The translations under genes and the position numbers were made by a program. A stretch of 64,000 nt of DNA from Methanoregula sp. (lineage in GTDB: Archaea; Halobacteriota; Methanomicrobia; Methanomicrobiales; Methanospirillaceae): positions 32,001-96,000 of the forward strand of contig JBDKTL010000024.1 in NCBI GenBank assembly GCA_039698055.1. Reading direction: 5' to 3'. Shown here piece after piece: positions 41,325 to 50,843 of this stretch. Position 1 is the stretch's first letter. Each line of letters opens with the position of its first letter. The notes beneath the pieces were generated by a model. That model had not been told where the DNA came from and did no database searches. It saw only the letters and a list, made by a program, of their open reading frames with translations.

Positions 41325-42129
41325 CGTAGCGACAAAAGTGGAAACAACAAAAAAGGAGGTTAAGCCTATGGCAGACAAGATTACAGTGGGCCATGTGCAC
41401 ATGAGTGGATGCACAGGGTGTCTTGTGTCCTTAGCAGACAACTATGGTGGGCTCTTGACAATTCTGGACAGGTATGCAGACCTTGTATATGGTCTGACAC
41501 TTGCCGATGTGCGCCACATCCCCAAGATGGATGTTGCACTTGTCGAGGGTTCTGTTTGTATTCAGGACAAATGCTCAGTAGATGAAATCAAACTGACAAG
41601 AGAGAAGGCGACAGTTGTTGTCGCTGTTGGCGGATGTGCCTGCTATGGTAACATCACCCGGTTCGCCCGTGGCGGCCAGCAGAACCAGCCGCAGATGGAG
41701 TCGTACTTACCCATCGGCGACCTTATCAAGGTAGACGTGTATATTCCGGGCTGTGCCCCAACCCCGCAGCTAATCAGGAATGTCTGTGTGATGGCATACC
41801 TGTTGCTCAAAGGAACAAAAGAGCAAAAAGATCTTGCAACCGCATATCTTAAACCGCTCATGAACCTTGCAGCGCGTGGAACTGAAGCATGTGGCTGCGA
41901 CATTATGTATGATGTAATCAATCAGGGACTCTGCATGGGATGCGGCAGCTGCGCGGCATCATGCCCGGTCAGGGCGATTACAATGGAGTACGGCAAGCCC
42001 AATATTGACCGTGAACTCTGTATCAAGTGCGGTGCCTGTTCTGCACAGTGTCCGAGAGGGTTCTTCAACACGGACGTTATCGGTGAGTACGAGGCGATCA
42101 ACGAGGCCATTATGGCGGCACTCCAGTGA
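41245..42129 (+). CDS. frhG: F420-reducing hydrogenase small subunit (alternative start 41368)
   Basis: SGCTGC, GGCACYG, PGCAP, 2x[4Fe-4S] ferredoxin motifs. Confidence 0.93.
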   Translation: MGLLSSVFKKNVSEEPLKPAAAPQKTDVATKVETTKKEVKPMADKITVGHVHMSGCTGCLVSLADNYGGLLTILDRYADLVYGLTLADVRHIPKMDVALVEGSVCIQDKCSVDEIKLTREKATVVVAVGGCACYGNITRFARGGQQNQPQMESYLPIGDLIKVDVYIPGCAPTPQLIRNVCVMAYLLLKGTKEQKDLATAYLKPLMNLAARGTEACGCDIMYDVINQGLCMGCGSCAASCPVRAITMEYGKPNIDRELCIKCGACSAQCPRGFFNTDVIGEYEAINEAIMAALQ

Positions 42130-42140
42130 AGGTGATTGAA

Positions 42141-43010
42141 ATGGGAGCAGAACTCGGTAAATACAAATCATGCGTCTCAGCACGGAGCACCGATAAGGAG
42201 CTTCTCAAATGCTCACAGGATGGCGGTATCGTCACCCAGCTGTTTGCGTTTGCACTCGATGAGGGCATCATTGACGGAGCCATAGTTGCAGGTGTCGGCG
42301 AGGAGCCTTGGAAACCAGAGCCCATCGTCGCAACAACACGGGCAGAACTGCTCGCGGCTCGCGGCACCAAATATAACATCAGCCCGAACGTTTCCTTAAT
42401 CAAGGAAGCGGTAAGGAGCTACGGTCTTGATAAAGTCGGTATCGTAGGCACCCCGTGCCAGATGCAGGCTGTCAGGAAAGGCCAGCTCTACCCGGTCGGC
42501 CTGCGTGATGTTGGTGCAAGCATCGCTCTTGCAGTCGGTATCTTCTGCATGGAGAATTTCCCGTACCAGAGCATCCTTCAGCTCGTGGAAGACCACGCAG
42601 CCATGAAGCTCGAATCCGTCAAGAAGATGGAGATCGGCAAGGGCAAGTTCTGGGTATACGGCAAGCGCGGACAGGTCGTCCAGCTGCCGCTCAAGGTTAC
42701 CCACAAGTACGAACAGCCAGGATGCCACGTCTGCCTCGACTACGTTGCAAACATGGGAGATATCTCAACCGGCTCCGTTGGCAGCCCCGACGGTTGGTCC
42801 ACAGTCTTTGTACGCTCAAAGATTGGTGACTCAGTCTGGGCAAAGGCAATGGCAGCAGGGTGCTTTGAAACCCAGCCAATAGAGAAGGTCAAGCCGGGTC
42901 TTGAACTCGTGACCAAGCTCGCAAACGAGAAGATCACGAAGAACAAGGCAACGCTCGATGCTCGTGCAACCTTCGGTGTGGGCAAGGCTCTCCGCAACCC
43001 ATACCTCTAA
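42141..43010 (+). CDS. frhB: F420-reducing hydrogenase beta subunit
   Basis: QDGGIVT, GTPCQ, GIFCMENF, GCHVCLD, SVGSPDGWST. Confidence 0.96.
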   Translation: MGAELGKYKSCVSARSTDKELLKCSQDGGIVTQLFAFALDEGIIDGAIVAGVGEEPWKPEPIVATTRAELLAARGTKYNISPNVSLIKEAVRSYGLDKVGIVGTPCQMQAVRKGQLYPVGLRDVGASIALAVGIFCMENFPYQSILQLVEDHAAMKLESVKKMEIGKGKFWVYGKRGQVVQLPLKVTHKYEQPGCHVCLDYVANMGDISTGSVGSPDGWSTVFVRSKIGDSVWAKAMAAGCFETQPIEKVKPGLELVTKLANEKITKNKATLDARATFGVGKALRNPYL

Positions 43011-43026
43011 TTCTTTTTCTTTTTTG
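43011..43026 (+). terminator. Oligo-T terminator of the frh operon
   Basis: TTCTTTTTCTTTTTT directly after the frhB stop. Confidence 0.6.
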
Positions 43027-43525
43027 TAGCGCGATTGTTTTGGATTTTATTAAAAAGGGATGTTCATCGGCATTCCATTGATCCCGAGAATGTGGGTCTG
43101 CCACCAGTGGCAGCGATTATCCTTACCGCATTAACGTTGTAAGAGAGAACCACGATGAGACTACCTGACATTTTACCATCGTGAAGGGTTCGTGAACCCG
43201 TGTGGTTGATTCATTTGCATTCGGGAAAACGCCGTTATACTCGTGAAAATATTCATTGTATCCTCTTACAAATTTCTTTTTTCTTCTCCTGAAGGTCCCC
43301 TTTTTTTCTGCTATGCAGGGATGTTGGTCCAGAATTACATTTTTATCAAGGGATTTGTTCAATAAACTGCCGGTGAGTTTATACTAAAAGGGGTGGGATG
43401 GATCGAAAGATCCCAAACAAGGTGTCGATGAGAAACATAGCAGAGACTTCTTTTCGATGAGGATTTTTTAAAAACACGATGTGACCCCATCCCAAATTAT
43501 CTTAAGTTCACGACGTAATTGATAA

Positions 43526-43718
43526 AATGATGGAGGGGGTCGCACCACATTTTTTTTTAAAGATGAACCAACCAAATTACCCCTGCCACCCCCACCCCTC
43601 ACGACCCGGGATTGGCTCAATTTACACCGGAGATACTACAAGAATTGACGACAAGGGATTAACTGGAACTGAAGAGAGTTGATTTCACAAAAATGCATAC
43701 CTGACCCCCTCCATCATT
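43526..43718. repeat. Perfect 16-bp inverted repeat bounding a 193-bp segment
   Basis: AATGATGGAGGGGGTC (43526-41) and GACCCCCTCCATCATT (43703-18). Confidence 0.85.
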
Positions 43719-43858
43719 CGTGCTGGCATGGATCTAAACGGACAAATTAAACGGATTGCTGATCCCCAACCCAAGAGATTCTGCAAATCTCGAGAGTCTT
43801 CAAAAAAGAATTGGTGTTGACTATTTTTCTACTAGGAGATTGGAAACCTCCAAAAAAA

Positions 43859-44224
43859 CTATCCTCCTTTTATGACATGACACCGGAGCCAAGCCTCGAT
43901 ATCCGCCGGTTCAACGGTATAGGATGCGACACCAGCAAATAATCCGGCTACCCGTTCGTCATCCGGCGCAAGGCAATAACCCTCATTTCCAAGGATCATG
44001 CTCGCAAGCGCGTGCGCAGTCCGCTTGTTGCCGTCACGGAACGCAGGATAGGCACACAGGAAGAAGAGTGCAAGTGCTGCCCGGCGGCAGGTATCGGGGA
44101 TGAGATTCACACTAAAGACAAACTGGTGCAGGTTCGGTTCGGATAACAGCCGTGCGTCTCCACCGTCTTTTGCCGTGATCGCATCGTGGACAGCGATAAT
44201 CTTCTCAACCGTGAGGTCATCCAT
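43859..44224 (-). CDS. Doc/Fic family protein with degenerate active-site motif
   Basis: LTVEKIIAVHD N-terminus; PAFRDGNKRTA in place of HxFxDGNKRTA. Confidence 0.82.
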   Translation of the reverse strand: MDDLTVEKIIAVHDAITAKDGGDARLLSEPNLHQFVFSVNLIPDTCRRAALALFFLCAYPAFRDGNKRTAHALASMILGNEGYCLAPDDERVAGLFAGVASYTVEPADIEAWLRCHVIKGG

Positions 44225-44403
44225 GCCGGTAATTATTTTGAGATGGATGTATGGAAAGGTTGTGGTTTTTTTTATGAGAGGGGGCAGAGGAGATGTGTCT
44301 TGTGAAATAAATCCATGTCTCACATAATCACACTCTCCCAAACACACATCCCTAAAATACCAGTGTCTCTCAATATACCGTAGGAAAAATTCCCTCATAA
44401 CAA

Positions 44404-45417
44404 ATGGAACCCGTCATCATCCACACGAACAGATTCTACAACGGCGACTGTATTAGTGGGGCGGCTGAATGCCTACCGGACAATTCCGTGGATCTGATCA
44501 TCACCGATCCTCCCTACGGAATCAACGGCGACAAACTCCACCAGCACTATAGCCGTGACGAAAAATTTGTTGTGGAAGGTTATGTTGAAATCCCACAACA
44601 GAAGTACGCAGATTTCAGCATGAAATGGATTTGTGAAGCCGAACGGGTGCTGAAACCGGGCGGGTCAATCTATATCGTTTCGGGATATACCCATCTCATC
44701 GACATTCTCAACGCGTTACACAACACCAGTTTAACAGAGATCAACCATATAATATGGAAATACAATTTTGGGGTTTTCACCCGCCAGAAATACATATCCT
44801 CCCACTATCATATCCTGTTTTACGAAAAACCAGGAGGGAAACGGACTTTCAATCTCGAATCCCGGTATGGTCTGGCCGAACAATCGGATGATAATCGTTC
44901 CCTCAACAATACCGATCGCGAAGATGTATGGATCATCAACCGGGAGTACAAACCCGGCAAAGTCAAGAACAAAAACGAACTTCCTACAGGACTGCTCGTT
45001 AAAATGATCCAGTACAGCAGTAATGAAGGCGATCTGGTCTGTGATTTTTTTCTCGGCGGATTTTCTACCGCAAAAGTCGCGATTGGTCTTAACCGAAAGG
45101 TAACAGGATTCGAGATCTCGAAACGGATGTTTGATACAAAGATCAAAGAGATTCAGTCCCTGAAACCCGGTTATCTGGTTTCTACCCTGCGGAAAACCAT
45201 CGTGAGTACTCTTAAAAATTCACGTAAATCATGGACTAAAGAAGATCTTCAAACGTTACATGACGTCTTTTCCCGATTGAATACACAAGGGGTAACCAAA
45301 AAACAGATCATCGCCCAGCTCGGCAAAGAGCTCGGGAGAGGGCGATGGTCTATCGAGAAAGCCCTGAAAAAAGAGGGATTGTCCGGGGAAAAAAACGAAA
45401 CTGAAAAGGTGCATTAA
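44404..45417 (+). CDS. Beta-class N6A/N4C DNA methyltransferase with C-terminal helical extension
   Basis: DLIITDPPY (motif IV) before DFFLGGFST (motif I); C-terminal WTKEDL...LGRGRWSIE. Confidence 0.88.
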   Translation: MEPVIIHTNRFYNGDCISGAAECLPDNSVDLIITDPPYGINGDKLHQHYSRDEKFVVEGYVEIPQQKYADFSMKWICEAERVLKPGGSIYIVSGYTHLIDILNALHNTSLTEINHIIWKYNFGVFTRQKYISSHYHILFYEKPGGKRTFNLESRYGLAEQSDDNRSLNNTDREDVWIINREYKPGKVKNKNELPTGLLVKMIQYSSNEGDLVCDFFLGGFSTAKVAIGLNRKVTGFEISKRMFDTKIKEIQSLKPGYLVSTLRKTIVSTLKNSRKSWTKEDLQTLHDVFSRLNTQGVTKKQIIAQLGKELGRGRWSIEKALKKEGLSGEKNETEKVH

Positions 45418-45543
45418 GGAAATTTTTGCAAGATAATTCCTGTTTTCAGGAAGGACTATGCTGAGCCGGCATTTTTTTTATTGTGGCCAATAACCGGATT
45501 CGAAACAATCGCAGGGAGAACGTGAAAAAATATGTGGACCAAT

Positions 45544-46035
45544 TCACCATTCCCGTTTTGTCACGGTCACCGGATCGATTATCGCATTGATCATCAGGTC
45601 AAACGGCACCGTGTCCAGCCACCCCGCCTTCTCAAACATATTCTGGAAACAGACACCCACCAGTTTCACGTCGCCATGCCGGGCGGCAAGATCTCGGATC
45701 TGCTCTTTTGTCACGGGCATGAGCGGCATCGCCAGTCCGCCCATGATTACAATAACCTTCGGATGGATTTCTGCCGGTTTCCCGCTTGCCTGCATGCCGA
45801 TGTTGGGGACATCAACAATTGTCCGCGCCTTTGATTCGTCAAGAACCGGTACAAAAACCTGTTCCATATGCAATCCGCGCACGGCAACTGCGAGAAGTTC
45901 GACAAACGGGGTACAGGTTCCCGCACACCCGTAATAGACGACCTGATCGCCGTTTTTCAGGCCAAGACGGGTAAGATATTCCTTGAACGGGCGGAGGATG
46001 CCGGGGACACCGTGGAGGGTTGTTGGTTCAGTCAT
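45544..46035 (-). CDS. DUF2124 family methanogen protein
   Basis: YGCAGTCTPFVELL, GGLAMP, GVCFQNMF. Confidence 0.8.
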   Translation of the reverse strand: MTEPTTLHGVPGILRPFKEYLTRLGLKNGDQVVYYGCAGTCTPFVELLAVAVRGLHMEQVFVPVLDESKARTIVDVPNIGMQASGKPAEIHPKVIVIMGGLAMPLMPVTKEQIRDLAARHGDVKLVGVCFQNMFEKAGWLDTVPFDLMINAIIDPVTVTKREW

Positions 46036-46247
46036 ATTACACACCGGATCAACCGTGAGAAAGATAAGGATTGCTTAAAAAACCGTTGTTCCTGCCACGT
46101 ACAGATTCGTGAACGCGGTCACACCTGTTTTTTATGTATACCGTAAATTTGTTTTAATTCCTGCAGGAAATACACAAATCCCAAAGCCATCTAAAAACAA
46201 AATACCGCAATTATTCATACTTGAAAAAGAACTATTCTTGACTACAC

Positions 46248-49200
46248 ATGCTCTCAGTTCTCTACGTAGATGATGAAGAAGCACTGCTGGATATCACCAA
46301 AATATTTCTTGAGAGTAGCGGAGAATTGAAAATTGATACGTGTTCAAACCCAAAGGACGCCCTTTATATGCTGGGTACCCGCACATACGATGTTATTGTC
46401 TCAGATTACGAGATGCCGGAACTCAACGGTATCGAACTGTTAAAAACCATCAAATCCCAGAATATTGATACACCCGTCATAATATTTACCGGGCGGGGCA
46501 GGGAAATTGTCGCCATTGATGCACTGAACAACGGTGCGGCGTTCTACCTCCAGAAAGGAGGAGATCCCAAAGCACAATTCGCCGAACTTAAAAATATTAT
46601 CCAGCGTGCAGCCGAACACAAGCAGGTTGAGCGAAAGCTCAAGCTTACACAGTTCTCGGTAGACCGGGCCTACGATGAAGTATTCTGGATCGACCCAAAA
46701 GGAAACTTTCTCTTTGTCAACGATGCCGCATGCCAATCAAAAGGATATACGCAAGCAGAACTACTTTCAAAGACGATCTTTGATATCAATCCCGGCTACA
46801 CGCCATTATCATGGACTGAAAGGTTCGGGGAAAACAAGATTAAAGGATCGTTAACCTACGAATCAACCCACAAACGAAAAGACGGATCCATTTTTCCAGT
46901 AGAAATTACCAGCAACTATCTTACGTTTGAAGGAAAGGAATATTTTTTCGCATTTGCCCGGGATATAAGCGAGCGAAAACAAAACGAGATGGAACTCCGG
47001 GCTTCAAACGAGCAGATGGCTGCAATGCTCGAGCAGATCCAGGCATCGGATGAATCGATTGCACACCAGTTCACGGAACTGGAGCACCAGAAAAAGACGC
47101 TGTTTGAAAGTGAGAGCCGGTACCGGGAGATCTTTGACAATGCACCACTTGGCATATTCAACTCTACGCCTGAAGGCAAGATCCTCCGGGTTAACCAGGA
47201 ATTCGCCCGCATACTCGGGTACGATTCTCCAGAGGAAATTACCGAAGTTGTCAACCGCAGTACAGTTCATGAAGTACTCTATGAAAACCCATCCCGGCGG
47301 GCAGAGTATGTCCGGGATGTAACGAGTTCGGGGAAATGGCAGCATTTCGAAAACCGGTACCGGAAAAAAGATGGCACAATCGTTACCGCCCGGCTGATAT
47401 TCCGGTCATTTATCAATGCAAAGACCGGGTGCCGGGAACTGGAGGGATTCTTAGAGGATATTTCAGCCCAGCGGAGAGTGCTGGACACCCTTGAGAAAAA
47501 CGAGGACCGGTTCAGGACGCTGTTTGAAAAAGTCCCGCTGGGCTACCAGTCACTGGATGCTGAAGGTAAGTTCATCGAAGTAAATAAAACATGGCTTGAG
47601 ACGATGGGATACTCTCGCGAAGAGATTATCGGACACTGGTTTAGCGAATTCCTCGCCCCGGATTACTTGGAAAAGTTCCGTTCCAATTTCCCGAAGTTCA
47701 AGACAGCAGGCGAGACGACCGTCGAATTTGATATGATAAAAAAAGATGGTTCCCGGATAGTAGTTGCATTTGAAGGGAAGTGTGGCTATGATCAGAAAGG
47801 GAACTTCACACAGACTCACTGCATCCTGCAGGATATCACCGAACGCAAACGGGTATTTGACCAGCTCAAAGAGAGTGAAGAACTCTTCCGAGAAGTCTTC
47901 AACAATGCCAACGATGCGATATTCCTCCAGGAACTTAATAGCGATTACTCACCGGGCATCTACTGGAAGGTCAACGACGTCGCATGCAGGCAACTGGGAT
48001 ATACACGGGATGAACTCCTTGCTCTTTCACTACCGGATATTGTTCCCCATACATTTCTGGAAAAAAATATGCCGGATATTACTAAGCAGTTGCGGGAAAA
48101 AGACATCGCGACATTCGAGACTGTCCTGAAAAAAAAGGACGGTACGAAATTCCCTGTTGAAGTCAGTACACATATTTTCAAGCTGAAGGATCGGGCGGTC
48201 GTACTGTCTACCGCCCGCGATATTTCAGATCTCCGGAGAAGTGTTGAAGATTTGCAGGATCATGAAAATCTTTTCCGCGAGGTATTCAATAATGCAAATG
48301 ATGCGATTGTCCTGCACGAGATAGGCCGGGACGGGATGCCAGGAAGGATACTGATGGTCAATGATATTGCCTGCACAAAAACCGGTTACAGTCGTGATGA
48401 ACTTTTAAAGATGTCAGCAACCGATCTCGTGGTGCCAACATTGCTTCCCAAGATAGAAGCAATTGCAAAAGAGGCACACGAGAAGGGGCAGGCCCTCTTT
48501 AGGACAACTCATCAGGATAAGCAGGGCAATACCGTCCCGGTTGAGCTGAACGTACATATCTTCATGCTCCAGGGAAAACCCGTCGGCCTGACCGTCGTGC
48601 GGAACATCTCGGAGCGGGATAAAGATGTCTCACGGATCCATGAAGCGATGGCGAGGACGGAGACACTGGTACGGGTTGCCGCCCGCTTGAATGCCAGTCT
48701 GGATCCAGGGGAGGTGATGCGGGGTATCTGCGAAGAAACGGCAAAAACGCTCAATGCACCGGTCGTTTCACTATACTTGTATGATGAAAACCGGCAGGTC
48801 TTTGTGCCTACCGCAGATTATGGCATCCTGCCGGAATTCAGGAAATTCCAGCCGACAATCCCCCGCACATTTTACGAAAAAAATTTTTCTGACGGGAAGA
48901 GGGTGAGGGTGGTACCGGATGTCAGGCAGGTGCCTGACTCACCCGGGTTCGAGAGCGATCATTTGACAGATAACCGGACCGTTATCGCAGCCATTATCGA
49001 ACGCAAAGGAGATCTGGTGGGAATGCTCACAGCCGTCACGTTCGGGAATATCAGGACATTTACGGATGCCGACCAGTCGCTCCTCAAAGGTCTTGCCGAT
49101 GAAACTGCGCTCGCATTGACAAATGCCCGCCTGTTTGCTGAACAGAGAAACTCTGAAGATGCGGTTTTGAAAGCAAATAAAAAACTCAATATCCTTTCAA

Positions 49201-49817
49201 GCATCACCCGCCACGACATCCTCAACAAGCTCACCGTCCTGCGGGCGTACATGGACCTGATGAAAGAACGGGTGACGGACCCAAAGACGTACATGTATAT
49301 TCAGGCACAGGAGAAAGCCGCACAGGCAATTGCCCAGCAGATCGATTTTACCAAGACCTACCAGGATCTTGGCATCCACCAGCCGGAATGGCAGGATATC
49401 AATCAGGTTATCCGGAGGAGCAGGGAACAGCTTGATCCCAAAGGGATCCAGCTCGAGATTAAACTCAACGGTGTCAGTATCTTTGCCGACCCGCTTATCG
49501 AGAAAGTGTTCTACAACCTGATCGACAATTCGATCCGGTACGGGGAGAAGATCACGCGTATTTCTCTCTCGTCCAAACAGGAGCCTGATGGATTTTCACT
49601 GATCTATGAAGATGACGGGATCGGTATTCCGGATAAAGACAAGAAACGAATCTTTGAGCGGGGTGTCGGAAAAAATACCGGGTTGGGGTTATTCCTTGTC
49701 CGGGAAATTCTCTCAATTACGGGGATGACGATTGACGAAACGGGAACATTCGGGAAAGGCGCCCGGTTCGAAATCCATGTGCCAGCATCAGATATCCGCA
49801 TGCAGTCATACCCGTAA
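46248..49817 (+). CDS. Hybrid sensor kinase REC-(PAS)x5-GAF-HisKA/HATPase
   Basis: LYVDDE..SDYEMP; repeated KDG..FPVE PAC motifs; ITRHDILN; NLIDNS, DDGIG, GLGL. Confidence 0.93.
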   Translation: MLSVLYVDDEEALLDITKIFLESSGELKIDTCSNPKDALYMLGTRTYDVIVSDYEMPELNGIELLKTIKSQNIDTPVIIFTGRGREIVAIDALNNGAAFYLQKGGDPKAQFAELKNIIQRAAEHKQVERKLKLTQFSVDRAYDEVFWIDPKGNFLFVNDAACQSKGYTQAELLSKTIFDINPGYTPLSWTERFGENKIKGSLTYESTHKRKDGSIFPVEITSNYLTFEGKEYFFAFARDISERKQNEMELRASNEQMAAMLEQIQASDESIAHQFTELEHQKKTLFESESRYREIFDNAPLGIFNSTPEGKILRVNQEFARILGYDSPEEITEVVNRSTVHEVLYENPSRRAEYVRDVTSSGKWQHFENRYRKKDGTIVTARLIFRSFINAKTGCRELEGFLEDISAQRRVLDTLEKNEDRFRTLFEKVPLGYQSLDAEGKFIEVNKTWLETMGYSREEIIGHWFSEFLAPDYLEKFRSNFPKFKTAGETTVEFDMIKKDGSRIVVAFEGKCGYDQKGNFTQTHCILQDITERKRVFDQLKESEELFREVFNNANDAIFLQELNSDYSPGIYWKVNDVACRQLGYTRDELLALSLPDIVPHTFLEKNMPDITKQLREKDIATFETVLKKKDGTKFPVEVSTHIFKLKDRAVVLSTARDISDLRRSVEDLQDHENLFREVFNNANDAIVLHEIGRDGMPGRILMVNDIACTKTGYSRDELLKMSATDLVVPTLLPKIEAIAKEAHEKGQALFRTTHQDKQGNTVPVELNVHIFMLQGKPVGLTVVRNISERDKDVSRIHEAMARTETLVRVAARLNASLDPGEVMRGICEETAKTLNAPVVSLYLYDENRQVFVPTADYGILPEFRKFQPTIPRTFYEKNFSDGKRVRVVPDVRQVPDSPGFESDHLTDNRTVIAAIIERKGDLVGMLTAVTFGNIRTFTDADQSLLKGLADETALALTNARLFAEQRNSEDAVLKANKKLNILSSITRHDILNKLTVLRAYMDLMKERVTDPKTYMYIQAQEKAAQAIAQQIDFTKTYQDLGIHQPEWQDINQVIRRSREQLDPKGIQLEIKLNGVSIFADPLIEKVFYNLIDNSIRYGEKITRISLSSKQEPDGFSLIYEDDGIGIPDKDKKRIFERGVGKNTGLGLFLVREILSITGMTIDETGTFGKGARFEIHVPASDIRMQSYP

Positions 49818-49883
49818 CGATGATGAATGGGAGAGATTCTTTCTCGCAGGGCCAATAGGAAGGTACAATAAAGGAGATAGGAC

Positions 49884-50657
49884 ATGGACAAACGGGATTA
49901 TTTTCCAGGTGACGATGTCACTATTATCAACGAGGACATTTTCACAACAAAAAAGATTCCGGCGCGAAGTATCGACCTGATCGTCACCTCGCCTCCCTAC
50001 AACGTGGATATCAAATACCATTCGCACGATGACCATCTGACGTACGAAGAATACCTTGACTTCTCGCACCGCTGGATGAAACGCTGTTTTAGCTGGCTGA
50101 AAGATGACGGACGGTTCTGCCTGAATATTCCCCTTGACAAAAACAAAGGCGGCCAGCAGAGCGTCGGTGCCGATCTCACGACCATCGCAAAAAAGATTGG
50201 GTTCTCGTATCATTCGACCATTATCTGGAACGAGGGAAATATCTCGCGCCGCACGGCATGGGGTTCGTGGGCGAGCGCTTCAGCGCCGTACGTCATTGCT
50301 CCGGTGGAGCTGATTGTTGTCCTGTACAAAAAATCGTGGAAAAAAACCAGCGGTTCACGTACATCAGATATTACCCGCGATGAGTTTTTGACATGGACAA
50401 ACGGCCTGTGGACGTTTAACGGCGAGAGAAAAAAGAAGATCGGGCATCCCGCACCGTTCCCGGTGGAACTGCCCCTCCGGTGCATGAAATTGTTTTCGTT
50501 TGTTGACGACACGGTGCTCGACCCGTTCACGGGAAGCGGCTCGACGCTTGTCGCGGCATCACGATGCAGCCGTAAAGGAGTCGGTATCGAGATTGACCCG
50601 CACTACTGCACAATCGCGGCACAGCGAGTTGACGACGAACGGAAATCCAGCAGGTAA
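49884..50657 (+). CDS. Beta-class N4-cytosine DNA methyltransferase (orphan)
   Basis: VTSPPY, HPAPFP, LDPFTGSGST. Confidence 0.9.
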   Translation: MDKRDYFPGDDVTIINEDIFTTKKIPARSIDLIVTSPPYNVDIKYHSHDDHLTYEEYLDFSHRWMKRCFSWLKDDGRFCLNIPLDKNKGGQQSVGADLTTIAKKIGFSYHSTIIWNEGNISRRTAWGSWASASAPYVIAPVELIVVLYKKSWKKTSGSRTSDITRDEFLTWTNGLWTFNGERKKKIGHPAPFPVELPLRCMKLFSFVDDTVLDPFTGSGSTLVAASRCSRKGVGIEIDPHYCTIAAQRVDDERKSSR

Positions 50658-50843
50658 CGATTGGATTCCTGCCATTCACAAACCCGTCACCAGTTCCCTA
50701 TCTATCCGTCATCAACACCAAAAAGATCCGGGATCTTTCTCACAGACTCACCTCAAACCCCGCGTTGAGCGGAAGCTATTGTGGACGAAGGAAAAAGGAG
50801 AGTTCATATAATGCAAGAGGCGAAAGTTCATGAAAGGATTCGT

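Noticed and set aside
39405-43010. Sec or Pyl recoding in frh genes
   Set aside because: FrhA has DPCVSC with Cys, and no in-frame stop interrupts these ORFs.
44404-50657. Complete restriction-modification or defence island
   Set aside because: No endonuclease or specificity subunit recognised; the genes between the MTases (DUF2124, sensor kinase) look resident.
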